The translations under genes and the position numbers were made by a program. A model generated the notes under the pieces. That model made no database searches. It was given only the letters and a program-made list of their open reading frames with translations, and was not told where the DNA came from. A stretch of DNA of 64,000 nt from a virus: positions 28,247-92,246 of the IMG/VR virus record IMGVR_UViG_3300029267_003762. The stretch is one strand, 5' to 3'. This document shows, in pieces, positions 1 to 7,247 of the stretch; the stretch's first letter is position 1; the number at the start of each line of letters is the position of its first letter.

Positions 1-351
1 TGCCACACCGCAGGCCCGGGACGGCCGGCTGGCTCCATCTGGTACGACGATGGCCTGACCGTCGCCGACGTCACCAAGAAGGGCTTGGTCGTCTCCCCCC
101 GCGCCGACGTTGCCGGCACCGTGACGATGGACGCCAACGGCATCTATCAGGCTCTTTCGGCCACAGCTCCGTACTCCTGGACAGCCAAAGGGGGAGGGGG
201 AGGGGTGCCCCCGACCGTTCCTTTGCGGCTGAGCACCTTGGACAGGCTTGCGCTTTCCCCGAGCGACGGGACGCTCGTCTACGACTTGGACGAGCGGAAA
301 CTCTACATCTACCAGTTCGACATCGATTGGCCCACGTGGTCGGAGGTTTGA
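1..351 (+). CDS. Putative tail fibre/virion protein, C-terminal part (5' truncated)
   Basis: Frame open from base 1. C-terminal 'PLRLSTLDRLALSPSDGTLVYDLDERKLYIY' resembles a motif common in tail fibre proteins. Confidence 0.5.
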   Translation, partial: CHTAGPGRPAGSIWYDDGLTVADVTKKGLVVSPRADVAGTVTMDANGIYQALSATAPYSWTAKGGGGGVPPTVPLRLSTLDRLALSPSDGTLVYDLDERKLYIYQFDIDWPTWSEV

Positions 352-352
352 C

Positions 353-694
353 ATGGGAACCATCACTACTCAGTACGCCGTAGGCGACTCGGTTTTCGTC
401 CTCACTCAGGTTCGTGAGGAAGTTCCGGTGGACTGCGACATCTGCCGCTCCACCGGGAAGGTCACGTTGTCCGATCGGGAGTTCCGATGCCCGGCTTGTG
501 GGGGACAGACTGTGAAGTCGGAGCAGTCCGAAGTGGTGGCCGTCTCGGCCACAGTGCTTCGGGTGCAAGCTTCCGCTTGTACGGACACGTGCTCCGTCAA
601 GTACACGCTGAATGTTGGATACGGCGTCGTGCGTCGGGAAGAGACGGAAGTGTACGCTTCCGAAGCTGCGGCGAGGGCCGCGTTGGGAGTCTGA
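353..694 (+). CDS. Zn-finger (CxxC..CxxC) phage protein
   Basis: ATG 353 after GGAGG; CDIC..CPAC pair; tightly coupled to flanking ORFs. Confidence 0.65.
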   Translation: MGTITTQYAVGDSVFVLTQVREEVPVDCDICRSTGKVTLSDREFRCPACGGQTVKSEQSEVVAVSATVLRVQASACTDTCSVKYTLNVGYGVVRREETEVYASEAAARAALGV

Positions 695-695
695 C

Positions 696-2042
696 ATGGC
701 TTACAACTGGGGAGGCGTTCTCAAGGCGCCCTCACCGTTCGACGGGCAAGTGTGGGTCGACCAGGACTTGCACGTGTGGCAGTGGAACTCGGCTAGCCAA
801 GCATGGAACCGGGCACCGCACATCCAGATGCAACGCGCCTACTCTCGTTTTCACCCGATCGGGGGCAGGCCGGTGGGTTACGACTTCCTGCCGGACGGGG
901 CCGAGCCGGCTCCGAAAGCCGGCAGGCTCGGCCGTGTGTGGGACGAGGCGTACGAGCTGTCGTTCGTGGAGGTGCGAGGGGCGGCAAGCGGCACCTTGTA
1001 CGGACGGCGAGCCCACATGTCTCGCGCCGAGATGCTGGCCTGGGTGGGCAGTGTCGTGCCTGCGCCCCCCAACTACACCGACAACATCGTCTTGACCGTG
1101 TACGAGGCGGTGGACACAGTCGCCGAGATGCCCAAGTGGCACGTGTGGAACGGTCTGTACTCTTCTTTCCGAGGAAGAGAGTGCTACTTCGGGGCGAACG
1201 GGCACGGGCGCTCTACCCTTCCCGCTCGAGCAGGCTACAGCCCCGACTTCGCCACCTATCACGGGGTCGACTTGGAGTACTTCCTGCTTGCCCGGTTCTA
1301 CGGCAAGGTCCCCGCGAGTCCCCAGCCGCGCGTGTGCTGGTCGACGAACGCACGGCGTGGCGTGTACAGGCACCCCAACAACACCACTGCCCGGGTGACT
1401 TGCGACGACAGCTCCAAGTACGTGTGGAACAACGCGACGGACTCGTGGGAACCCTCTCCTGTGGGGGACGAGTACGTGCACGACCCTACGGCCGGCAGCA
1501 ACCCGCTGCTGTTGTGGCGATCCCCTGACAGTACCATCCTGCATCTCGAAAGCATGACGAGCGCAGTGCGGGGGTTGAGCGGCATCCTCGGGGAGGGAGT
1601 CGAGGGTCGGGAGGCTGTTGTTGTGCGGGCCATGCGCAACAGGAGCAACAACAACCTGAAGGCGTTCGTCATCAAGCCTTACGGGGTGACGGCCGCGGCC
1701 TGGAACATGACGGCCGGCAACGCGGATCTCTTGGCGCTGTCCGAGTACGACGGGTGCGCCACCGGCGGGGTCAACGCCTACAACCTGACTCGCAACGGTC
1801 TCGTGGAAGAGAGGGGTGAGCGGGGGCTTCGGTACAACCTGACGAGGATGTACAGCGCGCTGTACGTCGGGCACAGCTCCCCTTATCTGCTCACGCACGA
1901 CACCCCGGTGGTACCTGAGGAGGTACGGTTCTACCTACGTGACCGGACCACAGGCGTGCGAAGCCCGACATCTCGCCAGTGCCTGTACTTGGAGAGGCGC
2001 CGGGCGACGGTGCCCGTCGCCATCATGTTCCGCCACAGTTGA
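696..2042 (+). CDS. Hypothetical virion-associated (tail/receptor) protein
   Basis: ATG 696 directly after the previous stop; Trp/Tyr/Gly-rich; N-terminal 'PSPFDGQVW..WQWNS' motif is typical of tail proteins. Confidence 0.6.
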   Translation: MAYNWGGVLKAPSPFDGQVWVDQDLHVWQWNSASQAWNRAPHIQMQRAYSRFHPIGGRPVGYDFLPDGAEPAPKAGRLGRVWDEAYELSFVEVRGAASGTLYGRRAHMSRAEMLAWVGSVVPAPPNYTDNIVLTVYEAVDTVAEMPKWHVWNGLYSSFRGRECYFGANGHGRSTLPARAGYSPDFATYHGVDLEYFLLARFYGKVPASPQPRVCWSTNARRGVYRHPNNTTARVTCDDSSKYVWNNATDSWEPSPVGDEYVHDPTAGSNPLLLWRSPDSTILHLESMTSAVRGLSGILGEGVEGREAVVVRAMRNRSNNNLKAFVIKPYGVTAAAWNMTAGNADLLALSEYDGCATGGVNAYNLTRNGLVEERGERGLRYNLTRMYSALYVGHSSPYLLTHDTPVVPEEVRFYLRDRTTGVRSPTSRQCLYLERRRATVPVAIMFRHS

Positions 2043-2058
2043 CCGGCTACTTTCGCGG

Positions 2059-2067
2059 TGCTACCTT
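2059..2067 (+). promoter_or_regulatory. Putative extended -10 promoter (TGcTACCTT)
   Basis: Matches TGnTAnnnT; predicted +1 falls just before the first hairpin at 2075. Confidence 0.4.
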
Positions 2068-2074
2068 CCGGATG

Positions 2075-2159
2075 GGTGACCTGCTCAAGGTGTCACCGCA
2101 ACTTGCGGAGCCTGCTCAAGGTGCTCTGGCCACGAGGGCGACCTGCTCAAGGTGTCGCC
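2075..2159 (+). repeat. Three tandem hairpins with a 31-nt period and identical core CTGCTCAAGGTG
   Basis: Core at 2081, 2112 and 2143; flanking stems GGTGAC/GTCACC, GGAGC/GCTCT and GGCGAC/GTCGCC co-vary. Confidence 0.85.
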
Positions 2160-2165
2160 GCAAAC

Positions 2166-2196
2166 GAAGCCTCCTCCCCTAAAGGGCGGGGGCTTC
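2166..2196. other. GC-rich hairpin resembling an IS200/IS605-type subterminal palindrome
   Basis: GAAGCCTCCTCCCCTAAAGGGCGGGGGCTTC; no tnpA/tnpB nearby. Confidence 0.4.
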
Positions 2197-2215
2197 ACCC
2201 GTTCTGGAGGTGCCG

Positions 2216-2329
2216 ATGAACCCCACGCTCAAGAAGATCGTCTTCAACCGTCCAGTCTTCTACGCTTCGATCGTTCTGTGCGTCCTGGTCGTCATCGGGC
2301 TGCTCGTCTACGGTCAGTTCTTCGAGTAG
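2216..2329 (+). CDS. Small single-TM membrane protein (37 aa), below the ORF-track cutoff
   Basis: GGAGG at 2206-2210 and ATG 2216; MNPTLKKIVFNRPVFYASIVLCVLVVIGLLVYGQFFE. Confidence 0.7.
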   Translation: MNPTLKKIVFNRPVFYASIVLCVLVVIGLLVYGQFFE

Positions 2330-2342
2330 CTAAAAAAAGGGG

Positions 2343-2370
2343 TTGACCGTCTTTGAGGAGAGGTTACTCT
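2343..2370 (+). promoter_or_regulatory. Sigma70-like promoter of the RNA cluster
   Basis: TTGACC-N16-TACTCT preceded by an A-tract. Confidence 0.55.
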
Positions 2371-2377
2371 TTGAACC

Positions 2378-2488
2378 GTGATCGACCTCCGACCTCGTCA
2401 TTGACAGTCAGCCCCTCGAGGGCCCCCAACGCCCGGCGCCTCAGCCCCCCAATAGCGACCGGGCGTTGCCGTGCTCGGAGGTCGACAT
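2378..2488 (+). ncRNA. Structured leader or ncRNA preceding the tRNA-like genes
   Basis: 2382-2392 pairs perfectly with 2475-2485; 2427-2436 pairs perfectly with 2459-2468. Confidence 0.5.
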
Positions 2489-2561
2489 CGCTCCGTGGCC
2501 AAGTGGCAAGGCACCGTCCCTAATGACGGCGGGATCGGAGGTTCGAATCCTCCCGGAGCGG
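2489..2561 (+). tRNA. tRNA-like gene with a 6-nt anticodon loop (CCUAAU); isotype undetermined
   Basis: Acceptor CGCTCCG/CGGAGCG; D arm GCCAAGTGGCAAGGC; anticodon stem CCGTC/GACGG; T arm GGAGG-TTCGAAT-CCTCC. Confidence 0.75.
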
Positions 2562-2624
2562 CAGGCCGAGCAGCGGGTAAGAGCGTGTACGGGAAAGCTG
2601 CTAGGACGGCACGCCAGCACTCAA

Positions 2625-2703
2625 GGACGGGTAGCTCAATCGGTAGAGCGTCGATATGACCAATGGTCCCGCTATGATGGGGGTTCGATCCCTCCCCCGT
2701 CCG
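2625..2703 (+). tRNA. tRNA-like gene with a degenerate anticodon arm (possible GAC); isotype undetermined
   Basis: Acceptor GGACGGG/CCCGTCC; D arm TAGCTCAATCGGTAGAGC; T arm GGGGG-TTCGATC-CCTCC; anticodon stem pairs poorly. Confidence 0.7.
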
Positions 2704-2892
2704 CTACAGCGAAGCACGCACGGCGGCGTCCTTGGCCACCAGCAGCATCTGCAGAGCGAACGTGCGCTGGTTGCAAGCGGGCAGCTCCTCGAAGAGCTTC
2801 TTGGCGAGCTCGCCGAACGGCTTGCTCACCTTCTGGAGCTTCTCGGGCAGGTGCTCGTAGTCGAAGTACAGCATCAGTTCCGCGTCCATCAT
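2704..2892 (-). CDS. Small helical-hairpin phage protein, possibly Acb2/Tad1-like
   Basis: YFDYEHLP..VSKPFGELA..LP..RTFALQMLLVAKDAAVRA pattern of a widespread small phage family. Confidence 0.55.
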   Translation of the reverse strand: MMDAELMLYFDYEHLPEKLQKVSKPFGELAKKLFEELPACNQRTFALQMLLVAKDAAVRASL

Positions 2893-3140
2893 CCTTCTCC
2901 CTTCTCCTCGGCCCCAGTTTCCTGGTCCAGTTGGTACGTGCCTGCATCGCCAGGATCGTTCGCCACCTTTTCGAGCTTGCTCTTGAGCATCTGGAAGAGT
3001 GGGTCGTCATCCATGAGACGGCCCCCCTCTGTTCGGTCGAGCACGTAGCTGATGAGGTAGAGCGCCACTTTGGCCACGTTGCGTGGCGTTGTGAGCTTCG
3101 CCTCAACCGTCTTCTCGAGTACTTCGAATGGTACAGGCAT
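2889..3140 (-). CDS. Hypothetical protein
   Basis: Part of a coupled minus-strand gene run; SD present. Confidence 0.7.
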   Translation of the reverse strand: MPVPFEVLEKTVEAKLTTPRNVAKVALYLISYVLDRTEGGRLMDDDPLFQMLKSKLEKVANDPGDAGTYQLDQETGAEEKGEG

Positions 3141-3539
3141 CTATCTCTCCTTCGTAAGCTCACTGAGCTGGTCGATGGTGTCCTGCTGCTTCTTCGAAAA
3201 CACTTGGAGCTCCTCGTAGTCCTTGCGGGGCACGTAGTCCTGCTTCTTGATGACGCTCACGGCCGCCGGCTCGTACTGCAGTTTGGCGGCCAGGTCGGCG
3301 ATGGTGGATATGAGCACGTGCGGATCGTCTCCACGTCGCAAGCACACTTTGCGGCTGACACGGGTCGCCCCATCGGTCAGCTCGAAGACGAGCTCCACGT
3401 ACTCGCTGTCCGGCGTGGGCTCGTAGTGCACGATGCGGCCGCTGGCATCGTGGATCTTGGTGGTGTCCCGCCCTGCGCCCCACGCCGTGACGATGATCTG
3501 GTACTTCTCGTTGTCGACAGTCGGCATCCAATCCTCCAT
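3141..3539 (-). CDS. Hypothetical protein
   Basis: Abuts both neighbours; good codon usage. Confidence 0.7.
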   Translation of the reverse strand: MEDWMPTVDNEKYQIIVTAWGAGRDTTKIHDASGRIVHYEPTPDSEYVELVFELTDGATRVSRKVCLRRGDDPHVLISTIADLAAKLQYEPAAVSVIKKQDYVPRKDYEELQVFSKKQQDTIDQLSELTKER

Positions 3540-3941
3540 CTATCCCTTCCCTCCTGGGGGTGTTGCCCAGTTCGTTCCCGCCGGCGCCCGAATCCACCAC
3601 CAGTCTTCGGGCCAGTCGTCCCCCTCGCTGATGGTGTCGCGCTCGTCACGCGAACGGAGTCCTGGCCGGGCGCCGAGATGCACGTAGTAGGCGTGTTTGG
3701 TCTCGCACGTGCCGCACACGGCTTCGATGCCGTCAGCGGTCGGCCGCAGGACCACGATGATCGAGGTCTTGTAGATGTCGATGCGGGGGTCTGTGCTCTT
3801 CCAGCCGCCGACGAGAAGCGCCCTGTTCTCTCCTTGCACTTCGGCCATGGCAGCACGGGAGCTAGCCAGGTTTGCCCTGAGCTGTTGAACTTCCTTCTCG
3901 AGTTCGTTGATCTGCCGTTCAGCTTCGTCTCGGTCACGCAT
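3540..3941 (-). CDS. Hypothetical protein with N-terminal coiled coil
   Basis: Abuts neighbours; SD GGAGG. Confidence 0.7.
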   Translation of the reverse strand: MRDRDEAERQINELEKEVQQLRANLASSRAAMAEVQGENRALLVGGWKSTDPRIDIYKTSIIVVLRPTADGIEAVCGTCETKHAYYVHLGARPGLRSRDERDTISEGDDWPEDWWWIRAPAGTNWATPPGGKG

Positions 3942-4286
3942 CTACTCCTCCTCGAAGCTGTCGGGCATGGCGCCTCCTGTGGCTGCTGCGGCAATGGGAG
4001 GCTCCGCATACTCGGCGAACGTGAGCACGAAGCTCTTGTTGCGAAGCCAACAGCGGGAGTCCACCTCTCGGTCGAAGTCGGCCACCAAGATCTCCTCGCC
4101 CATCATTCCGCACATCATCGTGTGCTCGCCCCGCCCTTTCTCTGCGTAGCAGCAGGGGCAGGCAAAGCAGTTCGTGATGAACTGTTCGTCGTACGGTTGT
4201 TCGTCTGTGTTCGAGCCCTTGCCTACCGCGGCGTAGCCAATGGCGATCTCGTTGGTGGCGTCGACTGCGGATTCGTCTTTCCCCAT
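3942..4286 (-). CDS. Cys-rich hypothetical protein
   Basis: CFACPCC motif; coupled to neighbours. Confidence 0.65.
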   Translation of the reverse strand: MGKDESAVDATNEIAIGYAAVGKGSNTDEQPYDEQFITNCFACPCCYAEKGRGEHTMMCGMMGEEILVADFDREVDSRCWLRNKSFVLTFAEYAEPPIAAAATGGAMPDSFEEE

Positions 4287-4289
4287 GAC

Positions 4290-4751
4290 CTAGTCCTCCG
4301 TCGTGCTGAGCATCAGGATGTGGTGCTTCTTCTTGAGCGGGCACTCGGGGTCGACCTGTTCGGAGGTGTCCACCGTGATCTCGTGCTGAACGATGAACTT
4401 GCGCCCCCTGCGATCCGTGCCTTCAGTCTCGGGTGGCATGAGCGAGCAGAGCTTGTCGTCTTCGACGACGAGGCAGGGGCAGTCGTCGCAGCACTTCACC
4501 AGCACCTGTTCGATCTCTTCGGGGACCGGGTAGTTGCGAGGGCTCGCCTCCTTCACGAACTTGCTCAGCCGAACCCCGCCCATCTTCTCGATACCATCGA
4601 GGTCCATGTAGCCACCGTCCTGCTCCGGCAGCTCGAGCCCGAGTGCAGTAGCGGCGTCGCAGATCGAGTTCCACATGTCGCCCATGTGGTCCGCCAGGCA
4701 GGCGTCGCGCGCCATGCACAGCAGCATCTTCTTCATCTCGTCTTTACCCAT
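4290..4751 (-). CDS. Cys-rich hypothetical protein
   Basis: CCDDCPC..CPL motif; SD GGAGG. Confidence 0.7.
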   Translation of the reverse strand: MGKDEMKKMLLCMARDACLADHMGDMWNSICDAATALGLELPEQDGGYMDLDGIEKMGGVRLSKFVKEASPRNYPVPEEIEQVLVKCCDDCPCLVVEDDKLCSLMPPETEGTDRRGRKFIVQHEITVDTSEQVDPECPLKKKHHILMLSTTED

Positions 4752-4762
4752 GAGGTCCTCCC

Positions 4763-5092
4763 ATGAAGCTCTACATCGTCGTCCGCAACGATCTCGCCCC
4801 TGGCCTTCAGGCCGCGCAGGCCGTCCACGCCAAGGAGCTGTTCACCCACGAGCACTCCGAGCTCAATGCCGAGTGGTACGAGAAGTCGAACAACATCGTT
4901 CTGCTTCAGGTGCCGAGCAAGGAAGAGCTCGTGGCGCTTGCGTATCGCATGACGACCCAGTCGATCCAGACGAGTCTGTTTCGGGAGCCGGATCTGGGGA
5001 ACGAGCCGACTGCGATCGCAGTTGGGCCTGATGGCGCTCGGCTGCTTTCGACGTTGCCTTTGGCTCTGCGTGATATCCGTCAAGCTGCTTGA
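4763..5092 (+). CDS. Peptidyl-tRNA hydrolase, PTH2-like family
   Basis: KLYIVVRNDL..GLQAAQAVHA, IVLLQV and FREPDLGNEPTAIAVGP are PTH2-fold signatures. Confidence 0.85.
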   Translation: MKLYIVVRNDLAPGLQAAQAVHAKELFTHEHSELNAEWYEKSNNIVLLQVPSKEELVALAYRMTTQSIQTSLFREPDLGNEPTAIAVGPDGARLLSTLPLALRDIRQAA

Positions 5093-5330
5093 TGGCGTTG
5101 GGGCTCAAGTGGAACTTCGGTTCGTCTGACCCCACCTCGAACAGCACTTTGGCCATGGGGGCGTACACGGCGCCGACGTAGGCGTCCTCCTTCTGCTGGT
5201 CGGTCACCTGGTGCTCGTGACCAGCGCCGCAGTTCGGACACTCCCGAGGCGGGTTGCGCTGCATCTTGAACTCGTAGCGCTCCCAGTGCTTACCGCACTT
5301 CTTGCACACGTAGAAACTCGGCTCACCCAT
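4863..5330 (-). CDS. Zn-ribbon protein
   Basis: CKKC..CPNC; the 3' part overlaps the PTH gene on the opposite strand. Confidence 0.55.
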   Translation of the reverse strand: MGEPSFYVCKKCGKHWERYEFKMQRNPPRECPNCGAGHEHQVTDQQKEDAYVGAVYAPMAKVLFEVGSDEPKFHLSPNAIKQLDGYHAEPKATSKAAERHQAQLRSQSARSPDPAPETDSSGSTGSSCDTQAPRALPCSAPEAERCCSTSRTTRH

Positions 5331-6849
5331 CGTCTTCTTCCTTCGTCAGCTCGAGCTTCTTGACCGCATCGAGGTTCATCAGGCAGGAGCACAGAAGCTC
5401 GCCATCCTCGTACCTGAGCGCGGCGGTCAACCTCTCGCCCTTGGCCGTCAGCCCTTGGCTGCCGTAGAAGATCTTCATGGGCATGTACCCGCGCCCGCAC
5501 AGGTCGGGCACCCATATCTCGTCGCCCTCTTTCAGTTCCTCGCCCTCTTTGACGCTTTGGAGCTCTCCTTCTCCCTTCGGCCAGAAGACAGGTACGCCGT
5601 TCCTCTCCGTCACCATGAACCCGATCTTGTGTTCGCTTTCGCTCCTCGGAATGACGTGCAGAGCGCCGGAGTCCATGATGGGCTTGCCGATGTACTTGGG
5701 CTTGCCGGCGACGTAGCGAGTCCCGTCCCCGAGCTTCTTGACGTGCTCGCACGGCATGTCATCGCCGCTACGCTGGCACAGCGGGCACCAAGGTGCCCCC
5801 ACGCTACAGCCCATGGACACGCCGCCCTCGAGCACCCGCTTGAGGTTGTCCTTGTGCACGACCACCTTGTCGAGAGGGATGGAGCCGACAGTCCGGCCGA
5901 ACACAGGAAACTCGTCGCCGTTCTTGTTCGGCCCTTCCGTGATACCCAACACAGTGGAGACGGGTGTCTTGCCCGGGGCGTACTTGAAGCGGTCCTCCAC
6001 CTCCTCCGGCTCCTCCGGCTCCTCCATGAACTGCCCCAGGTACTCGGTGGCGAACTTCTTCGGCATCCCGTTCGTCGTCTCGTTGCGCAGCACGTCGCGC
6101 AGCCACTTCTCCGACTTGACGCACTCCCTGCACCCGGCGTGGTCTTGAAGGAAGTCGATGGGCTGCCTGCCGTGCTTCGGGCAGTCGACCATCGTGGGCC
6201 CGGTCTTGGCGTAGAACTCACGACGCGTCTGCGCGGCCTCCTTCATGAGCGTGTGCTGCCGGAGCAGGCGGTCGACGCGCATGAGCATCTTCTCGCTCAG
6301 GATCTTGCGCAGGGTGCGCTCGAGCCAGTCGGCCTCTTCTATGACGGCGATCTCGGCCATGTCCGAGTACGGGCGCCCGAAGATGCCGGCGTCGGGGATA
6401 CCCAGACCGGCGAAGATCTGCTTGCGCAGGTAGGCGATGTCCCGGTCGAAGTCGGACTGGAAGAGGCCGCTGTTCTCCATCCTGCGCATCTCCGCGTCGA
6501 GGCCGGCGAGGATGGGGGTGTCTTCCCCGTCCATGAACTGCTTGGCCGCATCTGCCTCGACCTTTCGCAGCCAAGCCTCATCCTGCTCGAGTCCGTCGAG
6601 CTCCTCCTTGCGCATGAACATGCGGTTCGTGATCTCGTGCAAGGAATCGTCCTTTTCTTGCACGGGCGCGCCCAGGTAGATCAGGTCGCCCGCTGTCTTT
6701 TGCAGCTCGGGGCCGACCAGGTCGCCGTTGAGAACTTCTCGAAGGAAGATGAACGGGCCCTCGATGCGGGTCACCTGGAACTGCGCTCCGGAGCTCATCT
6801 GGAGCTTGTCGCCGGCACGTAGGCCGGAGCTGTTCGTTTCATCTGTCAT
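5323..6849 (-). CDS. Mosaic hypothetical protein with motifs resembling portal, terminase and prohead protease
   Basis: ATG 6849 after GGAGG; contains NKNGDEFP and VSMGCSV..CPLC, both similar to the 24695 ORF. Confidence 0.7.
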   Translation of the reverse strand: MTDETNSSGLRAGDKLQMSSGAQFQVTRIEGPFIFLREVLNGDLVGPELQKTAGDLIYLGAPVQEKDDSLHEITNRMFMRKEELDGLEQDEAWLRKVEADAAKQFMDGEDTPILAGLDAEMRRMENSGLFQSDFDRDIAYLRKQIFAGLGIPDAGIFGRPYSDMAEIAVIEEADWLERTLRKILSEKMLMRVDRLLRQHTLMKEAAQTRREFYAKTGPTMVDCPKHGRQPIDFLQDHAGCRECVKSEKWLRDVLRNETTNGMPKKFATEYLGQFMEEPEEPEEVEDRFKYAPGKTPVSTVLGITEGPNKNGDEFPVFGRTVGSIPLDKVVVHKDNLKRVLEGGVSMGCSVGAPWCPLCQRSGDDMPCEHVKKLGDGTRYVAGKPKYIGKPIMDSGALHVIPRSESEHKIGFMVTERNGVPVFWPKGEGELQSVKEGEELKEGDEIWVPDLCGRGYMPMKIFYGSQGLTAKGERLTAALRYEDGELLCSCLMNLDAVKKLELTKEEDDG

Positions 6850-7165
6850 CTTTTGCCTCCTTCGGCTTCTCCACAGTACCTGTGGTATCGAGAAGCCACT
6901 TGGCGTACTTGTCCCCGCATGACGCCTTGTACAGGTTTTCAGCTCCATTCGGATGAAGAGCACATTCCCAGAGGGTGCCGAGAGGCGTCTCGATGACCAG
7001 CTTGATCTCGTTCTGTTCTGCTGCCCCGACCTCTCGCCCGTGCCCGTCCTTGAGGGAGACGTGGTGTGACCAATGCCGCACTCCAACGACTTTCACTTTC
7101 CCCTTTTCGAGCCACTTGTTGATCTTGGCGGTCAGGTCCATGGACTGTGCTTCGGTTAGAGCCAT
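6839..7165 (-). CDS. Hypothetical protein
   Basis: SD AGGAGG; first gene of the leftward operon. Confidence 0.7.
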   Translation of the reverse strand: MALTEAQSMDLTAKINKWLEKGKVKVVGVRHWSHHVSLKDGHGREVGAAEQNEIKLVIETPLGTLWECALHPNGAENLYKASCGDKYAKWLLDTTGTVEKPKEAKDDR

Positions 7166-7247
7166 CTTTTTGCCTCCTTTGGCAGTAGTAGCAGAAGTAA
7201 GAAGAAGTCGGTAGATGCAAAGTAGCCGTCCGTGCTAGCCTTGCACC

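Noticed and set aside
2075-2159. Mini-CRISPR array
   Set aside because: The constant part is only about 13 nt, and the variable parts are the paired stems rather than spacers.
2166-2196. Active IS200/IS605 element
   Set aside because: No TnpA or TnpB ORF nearby; at most an end remnant.
2489-2561. Amber suppressor tRNA implying TAG recoding
   Set aside because: The loop has only 6 nt and lacks U33. Many clear genes end in TAG and long genes are intact in the standard code.
2466-4766. 766-aa + strand ORF
   Set aside because: Antisense shadow of a coupled minus-strand gene run in GC-rich DNA; it also overlaps the tRNA-like genes.
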